Notes under the pieces: generated by a model | The model's input: only the letters and a program-made list of their open reading frames with translations | Database searches by the model: none | What the model was told of the DNA's origin: nothing | Origin: Bacteroidaceae bacterium | GTDB taxonomy: Bacteria; Bacteroidota; Bacteroidia; Bacteroidales; Bacteroidaceae | Direction of reading: 5' to 3' | NCBI GenBank assembly: GCA_045612925.1 | Contig: JAZKZX010000060.1 | Location: 25,866-89,865, forward strand | Length of the DNA: 64,000 bases | Program-made: the position numbers and the translations under genes | Part shown: positions 26,520 to 36,418 of the stretch, in pieces | Numbering within the stretch: position 1 is the first letter of the stretch | How the letters are laid out: the number at the start of each line of letters is the position of its first letter

Positions 26520-27025
26520 GAAATCATCCCCAGAGGCAAAGTCATCGTATCGTTAATGTTATCTTGATTGGACCACCCGGAGGACAAGACGAGTGTAGTA
26601 ATGCGTTTTCTGTGTAAGTCCGCGATTTTTGCGTGAGAAAAGATATATTGGGAAAAGACATTACATTTTACCGATTTGCCAATCCGATTCCTATATGGGA
26701 GCTATATTTAAATAATTAATTAAAAGATAAGCCATCTTGATAATTATTTTTATATATACAATATATAGAAAACAAATCGGTAAAAGGTGTCATCTGTCAT
26801 CCTATAAGAAATCTGATTACTAATTGTAAATCAATTGTCACCGATACTCCCACCAAAAAGTTTTTCTAAGAAAAAAGTACTTCTCAAGGCCATGGGATAT
26901 AGAATAGCCAAATGTCGCAAATGAAAAATGGTGAACTGGGCGAAAAATGTCTCAATTTATGATGAGCTTTCTATGAAAAGGCTTACCTTTGTGACTGGCT
27001 GTTAGACTTTGTAAACTAAGAAGAC

Positions 27026-28840
27026 ATGAAAGCAATAGACAATATCAAAGCGCTGCGTCAGGTGATGCAGACTGAAGGATGGGATGCCATCGTTATCTCT
27101 GGTACAGACCCTCACAGTAGTGAATATCTCCCCAAACGCTGGCAGGCGAGGCAGTGGGTGTCGGGTTTTACCGGATCGGCAGGTACGGTGGTGATCACTG
27201 CCGACCACGCAGGACTGTGGACTGACTCGCGCTACTTTATACAAGCAGCAGCGCAGCTTGAGGGATCGGGCATCGTGCTGCACAAGTTGGGACTCCCCGA
27301 CACTGTGGACTATCCTGAGTGGATGGCGGGAAACCTTGCCGAGAAGAGCATCGTATGCGTAGATGGTCTCTGCATGCCGCTCGCTACGGTAGAGCATATG
27401 CAGGCGTTATTCGCCTCTAAAGAGATTGCTGTGGTGAGCCGCCCCGACTTTATCGATGCAGTTTGGAGCGACCACCCTGCACTGCCCGATGCACCGGCAT
27501 TTGAATTAGGAGTAGAGTATACGGGGCGCTCACGTGCCGACAAACTCGCTTGGCTGCGCGAGGCGATTGCTGCCAAGGGATGTGGAGAGATGCTCCTCAG
27601 CAGTCTTGACGAGATTGCCTGGCTGCTCAACATTCGTAGCTGCGATATTGCCCATACGCCTGTGGTGATTGCTTACCTTTGGGTGAATGCTGAGCGTGCT
27701 GTGCTATATACCACAGAGAGCAAGTTTGACGCTGCACTCACGGAGGCTCTTGCCACTGATGGCGTGGTGCTGGCTCCCTATGGTAGCATCGTGGAGAGCA
27801 TTGTTGAGTGGCCCAATGATACTCCTATATATATAGATGGCGCAATGCTCAACTATGCACTCTACGAGCAGGTGACTGTGCGCTTTGGCGCGAAGGTGGT
27901 CAATGCTGCTTCGCCCGTGAAGCTTGAGAAGGCATTGAAGAATGAGACGGAGATACAGGGATTCCGAGAGGCTTATCGTAAGGATGGTATCGTGCAGACC
28001 CGCTTCTTCCGTTGGCTCGAAGAGGCGCTGGTTCAGGGTGAGCGCATCACCGAGATTGATGCCGCGAACAAACTCATCAGCCTGCGCAAGGAGATGGATG
28101 GCTACATTGACGAGAGCTTTGCGCCCATCTCGGCTTATGGTGAGAATGCAGCCCTGCCTCACTACTCGGCTACACCAGAGCAGTGCAGCGTGCTGGAGCC
28201 GCGTGGGCTCTATCTACTCGACTCGGGTGCCCACTATATGGATGGTACTACAGATATCACGCGCACCATCCCGCTGGGCCCGCTCACTGAGGATGAGGCT
28301 TTCGACTATACCTGTGTGCTGCAGGGCATGATAGCACTCTCTATGGCTTCGTTCCCGCGTGGTACCCGTGGTTGCCAACTCGATGTATTGGCTCGCATGC
28401 CGCTATGGAAGTACAATCGCAACTATGGCCACGGCACAGGTCATGGCGTGGGGCATGTGCTCTGTGTGCACGAGGGTCCGCAGGGTATGCGCCAGAACCT
28501 CCTTGACCAGCCCATACTCCCAGGCATGGTGACCTCGTGCGAACCGGGTATGTACTGCGAAGGGCTCTATGGCATACGCCACGAGAACATGATTCTCTGT
28601 TACGAGGATGAGGCGAACAAGTTTGGCGACTGGCTGGCTTTCATGACGCTCACTTGCACCTATATCGACACCACACCGCTCGTGGAGGAGCTGCTCACCG
28701 AAGATGAGAAGATGTTTATCGACTGCTTCAACACCAGTGTCTACGAGACTCTGCTCCCCGACCTCACACCCGACGAGGCTGCATGGCTCAAGACGAAGAC
28801 GATTGATTGTTTGTTTGAACCGGAAGCGTTGGAGGAGTGA
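27026..28840 (+). CDS. pepP: Xaa-Pro aminopeptidase (M24B family).
   Basis: M24 metal-ligand region YGHGTGHGVGHVLCVHEGP and EPGMY. Creatinase/prolidase-like N-terminal domains. Confidence 0.85.
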   Translation: MKAIDNIKALRQVMQTEGWDAIVISGTDPHSSEYLPKRWQARQWVSGFTGSAGTVVITADHAGLWTDSRYFIQAAAQLEGSGIVLHKLGLPDTVDYPEWMAGNLAEKSIVCVDGLCMPLATVEHMQALFASKEIAVVSRPDFIDAVWSDHPALPDAPAFELGVEYTGRSRADKLAWLREAIAAKGCGEMLLSSLDEIAWLLNIRSCDIAHTPVVIAYLWVNAERAVLYTTESKFDAALTEALATDGVVLAPYGSIVESIVEWPNDTPIYIDGAMLNYALYEQVTVRFGAKVVNAASPVKLEKALKNETEIQGFREAYRKDGIVQTRFFRWLEEALVQGERITEIDAANKLISLRKEMDGYIDESFAPISAYGENAALPHYSATPEQCSVLEPRGLYLLDSGAHYMDGTTDITRTIPLGPLTEDEAFDYTCVLQGMIALSMASFPRGTRGCQLDVLARMPLWKYNRNYGHGTGHGVGHVLCVHEGPQGMRQNLLDQPILPGMVTSCEPGMYCEGLYGIRHENMILCYEDEANKFGDWLAFMTLTCTYIDTTPLVEELLTEDEKMFIDCFNTSVYETLLPDLTPDEAAWLKTKTIDCLFEPEALEE

Positions 28841-28975
28841 TTTTTTTATAACCACGGATAATACTTGTTTCATTTAAATCATGAGGGATGATATTGATTT
28901 AATTCGTTTTATTTGCTCTTTTCCGTAGTAAGGTCTATCTTTGCAGATTAGAATATTAAATACTGATTGATATCA

Positions 28976-30085
28976 ATGGCTGAAAATAATTTGCTTACAC
29001 GACTCGACGGACTCGTGGGGAAATATGAGGAGATAGAACTCCTTATCACTGACCCTGCGGTGATTGCCGATATGCGCCGTTTCGTGAAGCTCAACAAGGA
29101 ATACAAAGAGCTGGGCGCACTCATGGAGGCGCGTACCCGCTATATGCAGCTCATCCGCCAGCTCGACGAGGCGAAGGAACTCTTCGCTACGGAGAGCGAT
29201 GCCGACATGCGAGAGATGGCTCGTGAAGAAATCGACACTTGTGAAGCACAGATACCCGCTCTCGAAGAGGAGATAAAACTGCTACTCGTGCCTGCCGACC
29301 CCGAGGACGACAAGAATGTGATCATGGAAATCCGTGGTGGTACGGGTGGTGATGAGGCGGCGCTCTTTGCGGGCGACCTCTTCAAGATGTACATGAAGTA
29401 CTGCGAGCAGAAGGGGTGGCGAGTAGAGGTATCGAGCTTCAATGAAGGTACCGCAGGTGGCTACAAGGAGATCATCTTCAGCGTCAGCGGTGAGAAGGTG
29501 TATGGCACACTCAAGTATGAGTCGGGTGTGCACCGCGTACAGCGTGTGCCTGCCACCGAGACTCAAGGCCGTGTGCACACCTCGGCTGCTACCGTGGCTT
29601 GTCTGCCACAAGCCGAGGCCTTCGAAGTAGAAATCAACGAGGGTGAGATCAAGTGGGACACCTTCCGCTCATCGGGTGCTGGTGGACAGAATGTGAACAA
29701 GGTGGAGTCGGGTGTACGCCTCCGATACAACTGGAAGAACCCCATCACGGGCGAGGTAGAGGAGATACTCATCGAGTGTACCGAGACACGCGACCAGCCG
29801 AAGAACAAGGAGCGTGCTTTGGCTCGCCTGCGTACATTTATCTATGATAAGGAGCACCAGAAGTATATCGACGACATCGCCTCAAAGCGCAAGACCATGG
29901 TGTCGACCGGTGACCGCTCGGCGAAGATACGCACCTATAACTATCCGCAGGGACGCATCACAGACCACCGCATCAACTACACCATCTATAACCTGGCGGC
30001 CTTCATGAATGGCGACATCCAAGACTGCATAGACCAGCTGATGGTGGCTGAGAATGCGGAGAGACTGAAGGAGAGCGAACTGTAA
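28976..30085 (+). CDS. prfA: Peptide chain release factor 1.
   Basis: GGQ motif SGAGGQNVNKVESGV. RF1-type tripeptide PAT in RVPATETQGR. ATG at 28976. Confidence 0.95.
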   Translation: MAENNLLTRLDGLVGKYEEIELLITDPAVIADMRRFVKLNKEYKELGALMEARTRYMQLIRQLDEAKELFATESDADMREMAREEIDTCEAQIPALEEEIKLLLVPADPEDDKNVIMEIRGGTGGDEAALFAGDLFKMYMKYCEQKGWRVEVSSFNEGTAGGYKEIIFSVSGEKVYGTLKYESGVHRVQRVPATETQGRVHTSAATVACLPQAEAFEVEINEGEIKWDTFRSSGAGGQNVNKVESGVRLRYNWKNPITGEVEEILIECTETRDQPKNKERALARLRTFIYDKEHQKYIDDIASKRKTMVSTGDRSAKIRTYNYPQGRITDHRINYTIYNLAAFMNGDIQDCIDQLMVAENAERLKESEL

Positions 30086-30117
30086 TTTACGATTTGACAA
30101 TTTACTATTTACGATTT
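30085..30117 (-). repeat. GTAAAT-heptad repeat, copy 1.
   Basis: Its reverse complement matches 35558-35590 at 32 of 33 nt. A shorter related copy lies at 30198-30223. Confidence 0.8.
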
Positions 30118-30233
30118 ATTTTGTGATTTGATAATTTTATTATTTCGTCATCGCGGTAAATGTAAATAGCCAAATAGTTAAATCGTCAATAAATAGTAAA
30201 TCGTAAATAGATAAATTGTAAATAAAGAAAGTT

Positions 30234-31067
30234 ATGAACAAACAACAACTTATCCAGAACATCAAGGCACGCAAGTCATTCCTCTGCGTTGGCCTCGACA
30301 CTGACACGAAGAAGATCCCTACTCACCTCTTGAACGAGGAGGATCCTATCTTTGCCTTCAACAAGGCTATCATCGATGCTACTGCCGACTACTGCGTAGC
30401 TTACAAGCCTAACTTGGCTTTCTACGAGTGCGACGGTCTCAAGGGCTATGAATCATACGAGAAGACCATTGCTTACCTTAAGGAGAACTATCCCAACCAC
30501 TTCATTATCGCTGATGCCAAGCGTGGTGATATCGGCAATACCGCTTCGATGTATGCCCGCTCATTCTTTGAGGAGCAGGATGTGCATGCACTCACTGTGG
30601 CTCCTTACATGGGCGAAGATAGCGTGACTCCGTTCCTTGCTTATGAGGGCAAGTGGGTGATACTGCTTGCGCTGACCTCAAATAAGGGCTCGCTCGATTT
30701 CCAGCTCATGGAGGACAAGGAGACTGGCGAACGCCTCTTCGAGAAGGTGCTCCGCCGCTCACAGGAGTGGGGTAACGATGAGAATATGATGTATGTGGTA
30801 GGTGCTACACGCGGACAACTCTTCGAGGATATCCGTAAGATTGTGCCTAACCACTTCCTCTTGGTACCTGGCGTAGGTGCACAGGGTGGCTCGCTCACCG
30901 AGGTGTGCAAGTACGGTATCAATAAGGAGTGCGGATTGCTCGTAAACTCAAGCCGTGCCATCATCTATGCTGATAAGACGGAGAACTTCGCTGCGGTAGC
31001 TCGCGAGGAGGCTCGTAAGGTGCAGGAGGAGATGGCTGCTGAACTCGTAAAGTATGGTATCCTTTGA
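30234..31067 (+). CDS. pyrF: Orotidine 5'-phosphate decarboxylase (long type).
   Basis: Motifs FLCVGLDTD and [13 protein letters not shown]. Confidence 0.9.
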   Translation: MNKQQLIQNIKARKSFLCVGLDTDTKKIPTHLLNEEDPIFAFNKAIIDATADYCVAYKPNLAFYECDGLKGYESYEKTIAYLKENYPNHFIIADAKRGDIGNTASMYARSFFEEQDVHALTVAPYMGEDSVTPFLAYEGKWVILLALTSNKGSLDFQLMEDKETGERLFEKVLRRSQEWGNDENMMYVVGATRGQLFEDIRKIVPNHFLLVPGVGAQGGSLTEVCKYGINKECGLLVNSSRAIIYADKTENFAAVAREEARKVQEEMAAELVKYGIL

Positions 31068-32287
31068 TGCAATCAGGTAAGATTATCAACGACCCGGTAT
31101 TTGGGTTTATCAATATCCCCAAAGGGCTCATCATGGAGGTGCTCTCGCACCCCATGGTGCTGCGCCTTCATCGTATCAAGCAGTTGGGGCTGTCGTGTAT
31201 GGTGTACCCCGGTGCACAGCATACACGCTTTCAGCATTCGTTGGGCGCTTTCTTCCTCATGACCGAGGCTATACAATCGTTGCGTGGCAAGGGGGTAGAG
31301 ATTACCGACCATGAGGCTGAGGCAGTGAAGATTGCCATCTTGCTGCACGATGTGGGGCATGGTCCCTTCTCGCATGTACTGGAGAGCACCATTGCCCAGG
31401 GTGTGCATCACGAGGAGATCTCACTGATGCTGATGGAGAAGATGAACCGCGAGTTGGACGGGCGTCTTGATCTTGCCATACGCATCTATAAGAATGAGTA
31501 CGAAAAGCGATTCTTGCACCAACTGGTGAGCAGTCAGCTCGATATGGACCGTCTCGACTACTTGCGTCGCGACAGCTTTTATACGGGAGTGACTGAAGGT
31601 AACATCGGGTCGGCTCGTATCATCAAGATGCTCGGCGTGAAGGATGACCATCTGGTGGTGGAGTCGAAGGGTATCTACTCTATCGAAAACTTCCTCACTG
31701 CGCGTCGCCTCATGTACTGGCAGGTATACCTGCACAAGACATCGGTGGTGTGCGAGAAGATGCTTATCAATACACTCACGCGTGCCAAAGAATTGGCTAG
31801 GAAGGGAGAGGAACTCTATGTGTCGCCCGCACTGCGCTATTTCTTGTATAATGATATCACGCGCGAGACTTTCTTTACAGATGACAAGTGTCTTGATACC
31901 TTTATTCTATTGGACGATAATGATATCTGGTGTGCGCTGAAGGCATGGGCTACACACCCCGACAAGGTGTTGTCGACCCTTAGCAGTGGACTTGTAAACC
32001 GTAAGCTGTTCAAGGTGGAGGTTTCTTCCAAACCCTTCAGTCGTCAATATAAGGCAGAACTCACGGAACGCATATGTTCGACCTTTGGGGTGAACAAGCA
32101 TGAGGCCGACTACCTGCATTGTGTTGTCACCTTGGAGAAAGATATGTATAGCCCCTTCGATGATCATATAGAAATCCTCTACAACGATGGTACGACTTGT
32201 GACATTGCTGAGGCTTCGGATATGTTTGACCTCTCGCTGCTGCAAAAGAAGGTGAAGAAATACTTTATGTGTTATCAGAGGCTGTGA
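31064..32287 (+). CDS. HD-domain phosphohydrolase (dNTP triphosphohydrolase-like).
   Basis: Motifs HTRFQHSLG and [12 protein letters not shown]. Its start overlaps the pyrF stop by 4 nt. Confidence 0.8.
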   Translation: MMQSGKIINDPVFGFINIPKGLIMEVLSHPMVLRLHRIKQLGLSCMVYPGAQHTRFQHSLGAFFLMTEAIQSLRGKGVEITDHEAEAVKIAILLHDVGHGPFSHVLESTIAQGVHHEEISLMLMEKMNRELDGRLDLAIRIYKNEYEKRFLHQLVSSQLDMDRLDYLRRDSFYTGVTEGNIGSARIIKMLGVKDDHLVVESKGIYSIENFLTARRLMYWQVYLHKTSVVCEKMLINTLTRAKELARKGEELYVSPALRYFLYNDITRETFFTDDKCLDTFILLDDNDIWCALKAWATHPDKVLSTLSSGLVNRKLFKVEVSSKPFSRQYKAELTERICSTFGVNKHEADYLHCVVTLEKDMYSPFDDHIEILYNDGTTCDIAEASDMFDLSLLQKKVKKYFMCYQRL

Positions 32288-32520
32288 GCGTTTTCTTTGG
32301 AATATAGGAGTCGAGGAGAGTCTCTTTTTTGGAGTAAAGGAGGGTTCCCTTTTTTGGAGTAAAGGAGTATAGGAGTGAAGGAGTAAAGACGATACTTTAG
32401 ACTATGAAAATCGCAAGCCGCGAACAGGCTATCGTCTTCACTCCAGAGCGAAGCGGAAACTCCTTAATTCCTAAACTCCCGAAACAAGCGAAGCGTAACT
32501 CCTAAACTCCCATACTCCTA
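32288..32520 (+). repeat. GGAGT-rich palindromic element, copy B (expanded).
   Basis: Starts at the nucleotide after the HD gene stop. Same core as the other copies: GGAGTGAAGGAGTAAAGACGATACTTTAGACTATGAAAATCGCAAGCCGCG. Confidence 0.8.
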
Positions 32521-32558
32521 AAATAAAAAACACTATACACTAAACAAAATAAATCACT

Positions 32559-34787
32559 ATGGCAACAAAGAAACATGTATGGAACTACGACAATGTGGGT
32601 GGTTCTACTCGAGTGAAAATTACAACAGGTGCTGACATCGCCCATCTTGGCGAGTTGGACCCCAAGAAGTGGACCGTCCTCTCATGTCCCTCTACTGGCT
32701 TGGAAATTGATGAGAAGAGTCTGAAGTATATTGATACTGACGCTGATGGCCGTATCCGTGTGAACGATATCGTGGCTACTGCTCAGTGGATGACTGCAGC
32801 GATTAAGAATGCTGACCTGCTCTTGAAGGGTGCTGATGGCATCAATATCGAGGAGTTCAATCAAGAGGATGCCAATGGTAAGCGCCTCTACACCTCGTCA
32901 AAGCAGATTCTTGCCAACCTCGGCAAGGAGGGCTCGGTAATCTCATTGGCAGAGACCAAGGATAGCACAGCTATCTTTGCCAAGACCGCCTTTAATGGCG
33001 ATGGTATCATCACCGATTATTCTACTGCTGACCTGGATGAGAAGGCAGCTATCGCTGCTGCTGTGGCATCGTTTGGTGGTGTGGCAGACCGTAGTGGCGA
33101 TAAGGGTGTGAATGCAGAGATGATCGAGAAGTTCTATCAGGCTTTGGCCGACTATGCTGCATGGCAGGCTGCTGCCGTAGAGGCTCCCTATGGTGCTGAT
33201 ACAGACAAGGCTATCGAGGCATACAATGCGCTCGACGCTAAGGTGAAGGACTACTTCGTGCGTGCCAAGTTGGCTTCATTCTCTCCCGAGAGTGCCGCTA
33301 AGCTTGATGTGCAGACAGCACTCATCGAGACCATCAGCGCTGACAACCTTACGGGCAAGACCGACGAGATCGCTTCATACCCGATCGCACGCATCACCGG
33401 CAAGGCTGAGCTTGATGTAGATGCCGCTATCAACCCCGCTTGGGCGGGTAAGTTTGCCACCCTCATGGCTATCGTGAAGCCCAAGAGCAAGGCGCTCACT
33501 GAGGCTGACTGGGCGGCTATAGGTGCTGCCTTTGCCGCTTACAATGGCTGGAAGGCTGCCAAGAAGGGTGCCGAAGTGGAGGCACTTGGACTTGATACGA
33601 TAAAGAAGTTGCTTGCCGATGACAAGAAGCAGGCCTTGCTCGACCTTGTGGCTCAGGATGCTGCGCTCAAGGAGGCAGCCGAAGGCATCGATATGGTGGA
33701 CAAGTTCCTCCACATCTACCGCGACTTCTACCGCTTGTTGCGCAACTTTGTCACCTTCCAGGACTTCTACTCAAGAGACAAGAAGGTGAAGGCTGTGTTC
33801 CAGTGTGGCCGTCTGCTCATCGACCAGCGTGAGTGCCGCATGTGTATGAAGGTGGCTGATATGGGTAAGCACAACACTATGGCTGCTGCCAGTGGCATGT
33901 ACCTCGTATATTGCGACTGCGTGACCCCCACCAAGCCAGGCAAGCAGACCATCGTGGCTGCTGTTACGGTAGGTGAGATAGGCGATCTTGCCGTAGGTAA
34001 GAATGCCATCTTCTACGACAACGCAGGTGTGGTATGGGATGCTGTTATCACCAAGATCATCGACAACCCCATCAGTGTAGGTCAAGCCTTCTGGTCGCCC
34101 TATCGTCGCTTGGCTACTACCATTGAGAACCTCATCAACAAGAGCGCTGCCGATAAGGATGCTGCTATGATGAAGGACCTCAATACGAAGGTCAACTCGG
34201 TGCCCACAACAGCTCCTGCTGCTGCCGATGCCAAGGCTCCTGCACAGCCCTTCGATATAGGTAAGTTTGCTGGTATCTTTGCTGCCTTCGGTATGGCATT
34301 AGGCATGATTGGTACCGCTCTCGCCAGCCTCGCCAAGGGCATCTTCGCCCTCAAGTGGTGGCAGCTCATTGCCGCTTTCGTAGGTATCCTTCTCGTCATC
34401 TCTGGTCCTGCCATGGTGATGGCATGGATGAAGCTGCGTCGTCGCAATGTAGCTCCGCTGCTCAATGCCAATGGCTGGGCTATCAATGCTGCTTCGAAGA
34501 TCAGTATACCTTTCGGTGAGACACTGACCGATGTGGCCAAGTTCCCCAAACTGAAACTGAAGGATCCCTATGCAAAGAAGGGTATCCCCACTTGGAAGAA
34601 GTGGCTTATCTCACTCGCTGCACTCGTAGTCGTAGCTGCTGGTTTGTGGCTCGGCAATCTGCTCAACTGGGCGGGTGCTCCTTCTCCGCTGCCTGTATTC
34701 AATAAGGCTGAGGTAGAGGTAGTAGAGGTTGCTGAACCTGCTGCAGAGGTTGTGGCTGACAGTGTGGCTGTATCGCCCTCTCTGTAA
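32559..34787 (+). CDS. 742-aa conserved membrane protein, function unknown.
   Basis: EF-hand-like DTDADGRIRVNDI near the N-terminus. Ala-rich central region. Cys-rich segment CGRLLIDQRECRMCMKV. Several C-terminal hydrophobic helices. Confidence 0.7.
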   Translation: MATKKHVWNYDNVGGSTRVKITTGADIAHLGELDPKKWTVLSCPSTGLEIDEKSLKYIDTDADGRIRVNDIVATAQWMTAAIKNADLLLKGADGINIEEFNQEDANGKRLYTSSKQILANLGKEGSVISLAETKDSTAIFAKTAFNGDGIITDYSTADLDEKAAIAAAVASFGGVADRSGDKGVNAEMIEKFYQALADYAAWQAAAVEAPYGADTDKAIEAYNALDAKVKDYFVRAKLASFSPESAAKLDVQTALIETISADNLTGKTDEIASYPIARITGKAELDVDAAINPAWAGKFATLMAIVKPKSKALTEADWAAIGAAFAAYNGWKAAKKGAEVEALGLDTIKKLLADDKKQALLDLVAQDAALKEAAEGIDMVDKFLHIYRDFYRLLRNFVTFQDFYSRDKKVKAVFQCGRLLIDQRECRMCMKVADMGKHNTMAAASGMYLVYCDCVTPTKPGKQTIVAAVTVGEIGDLAVGKNAIFYDNAGVVWDAVITKIIDNPISVGQAFWSPYRRLATTIENLINKSAADKDAAMMKDLNTKVNSVPTTAPAAADAKAPAQPFDIGKFAGIFAAFGMALGMIGTALASLAKGIFALKWWQLIAAFVGILLVISGPAMVMAWMKLRRRNVAPLLNANGWAINAASKISIPFGETLTDVAKFPKLKLKDPYAKKGIPTWKKWLISLAALVVVAAGLWLGNLLNWAGAPSPLPVFNKAEVEVVEVAEPAAEVVADSVAVSPSL

Positions 34788-35554
34788 TGCTTGACCTGTA
34801 CGACCTACATATAGGCTATGATGAGGATGCCTCTCGCCACATTGTGGCAGAGGCCCTCAATGCCTCTCTCTCGTCTGGTACGATGACCTGCTTGGTGGGT
34901 GCCAATGGAGTGGGCAAGAGCACGCTCATGCGCACCCTATCGGGGTTCCAACCCGCGTTGCAGGGTGAGGTACATGTCGATGGTAGGCCGATAGGGGAGT
35001 ATACTCCTCGCGAATTGTCCGAAAAGATTGGCGTCGTGCTTACCGAGAGGAATGCCACCCCCGACCTTACGGTCGAAGAGGTGGTGGCGATAGGGCGCAT
35101 GCCCTACACGAACTTTTGGGGCAGACTGACGGCTGCAGACCTTCGTATCGTGGATGAGGCTATAGCACTGGTCGGTATCGAACCTCTGCGCCATAAGAAG
35201 ATAGGGCGCGTGAGCGATGGTGAGCGGCAGAAGGTGATGATAGCCAAAGCACTGGCACAACAGACAGGAATCATTCTCCTGGATGAGCCTACGGCATTCC
35301 TTGACTATGGAAGTAAGGTCGCGGTGATGCGTCTATTGCGCCAGCTGGCCCACGAACAGGGAAAAACGGTGTTGCTCTCTACGCACGATCTTGAGATTGC
35401 TTTCCAGACGACTGACGAGGTGTGGATATTGCAGCGCGAAAGCTTGCAGACGGGCACACTCGATGCGTTGGAACAGCGTGGTGCTGTGTCGGCATTCCTT
35501 GCTGCAAATGGACTGCGTTACGAGGCAGAGCAGAGGAGGATAATCATTGGATAG
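34787..35554 (+). CDS. ABC transporter ATP-binding protein (FepC/BtuD-like).
   Basis: Walker A GANGVGKST. Signature VSDGERQ. Walker B IILLDEPTAFLD. The ATG overlaps the upstream TAA (TAATG). Confidence 0.85.
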   Translation: MLDLYDLHIGYDEDASRHIVAEALNASLSSGTMTCLVGANGVGKSTLMRTLSGFQPALQGEVHVDGRPIGEYTPRELSEKIGVVLTERNATPDLTVEEVVAIGRMPYTNFWGRLTAADLRIVDEAIALVGIEPLRHKKIGRVSDGERQKVMIAKALAQQTGIILLDEPTAFLDYGSKVAVMRLLRQLAHEQGKTVLLSTHDLEIAFQTTDEVWILQRESLQTGTLDALEQRGAVSAFLAANGLRYEAEQRRIIIG

Positions 35555-35557
35555 CCA

Positions 35558-35590
35558 AAATCGTAAATAGTAAATTGTCAAATTGTAAAT
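35558..35590 (+). repeat. GTAAAT-heptad repeat, copy 2.
   Basis: AAATCGTAAATAGTAAATTGTCAAATTGTAAAT, located between the ABC ATPase stop and the ribE start. Confidence 0.8.
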
Positions 35591-35598
35591 ATATTATC

Positions 35599-36204
35599 AT
35601 GTTTTCAGGAATAGTAGAAGAATGTGCCACCGTAGTGGGCATCGTAAGAGAACAGGAGAACTTGCACCTTACGCTCAAGTGCAGTTTTGTAGACGAACTG
35701 AAGATTGACCAGAGCGTGGCGCACAATGGTGTGTGCTTGACCGTGGTGAGCATTCAGGATGGTACCTATACGGTAACTGCCATGAAGGAGACCATCGAGC
35801 GTTCTAACCTCGGTATGCTGCAGGTGGGCGATGCTGTCAATGTGGAGCGCAGCATGGTGATGAATGGTCGTCTTGACGGTCACATCGTGCAGGGACATGT
35901 GGATCAGACTGCAATTTGTGTGAAGGTGGAAGATGCAGAAGGTAGCTGGTACTATACCTTCAAGTATGCCTTCGATAAGGAGATGGCTCGCCGTGGCTAC
36001 TTCACGGTAGACAAGGGCTCGGTGACGGTCAATGGCGTGAGCCTCACCGTATGCAACCCCACTGCTGATACCTTCCAGGTAGCTATAATCCCCTATACTC
36101 ATGACAATACCAACTTCAACGCTATCCGCGAAGGTAGTGTGGTGAATATCGAGTTTGATATTATCGGTAAGTATATGGCGCGTATGGTGGCGCTGAGTGA
36201 GTAG
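35599..36204 (+). CDS. ribE: Riboflavin synthase alpha chain.
   Basis: MFSGIVEE N-terminus and two lumazine-binding repeats (..GVCLTV.. and ..VNGVSLTV..). Trimmed to the ATG at 35599. Confidence 0.9.
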   Translation: MFSGIVEECATVVGIVREQENLHLTLKCSFVDELKIDQSVAHNGVCLTVVSIQDGTYTVTAMKETIERSNLGMLQVGDAVNVERSMVMNGRLDGHIVQGHVDQTAICVKVEDAEGSWYYTFKYAFDKEMARRGYFTVDKGSVTVNGVSLTVCNPTADTFQVAIIPYTHDNTNFNAIREGSVVNIEFDIIGKYMARMVALSE

Positions 36205-36220
36205 ACTTTTGTTTTTGGTT

Positions 36221-36402
36221 GGAGTATAGGAGTTTAGGAGTTACGCTCTGCTTAGGAGTGTAGACGATAGTCCGTCCGCGGCTTGCGATTTTCATAGTCT
36301 AAAGTATCGTCTTTACTCCTTCACTCCTATACTCCCAAAAAAGGAACTCTCCTTTACTCCAAAGAAACACTCCTCGACTCCTATACTCTCAAGAAAGTAG
36401 CG
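36221..36402 (-). repeat. GGAGT-rich palindromic element, copy C.
   Basis: Lies between the convergent ribE and prmA stops, oriented as the 3' region of prmA. Confidence 0.8.
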
Positions 36403-36418
36403 GCTCCGCAGCTACTAT

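Noticed and set aside
26520-27025. I searched the long ugd-pepP spacer for a missed gene, riboswitch or structured RNA.
   Set aside because: There is no ORF of 60 aa or more and I recognise no RNA family. Only the 13-bp inverted repeat was worth reporting.
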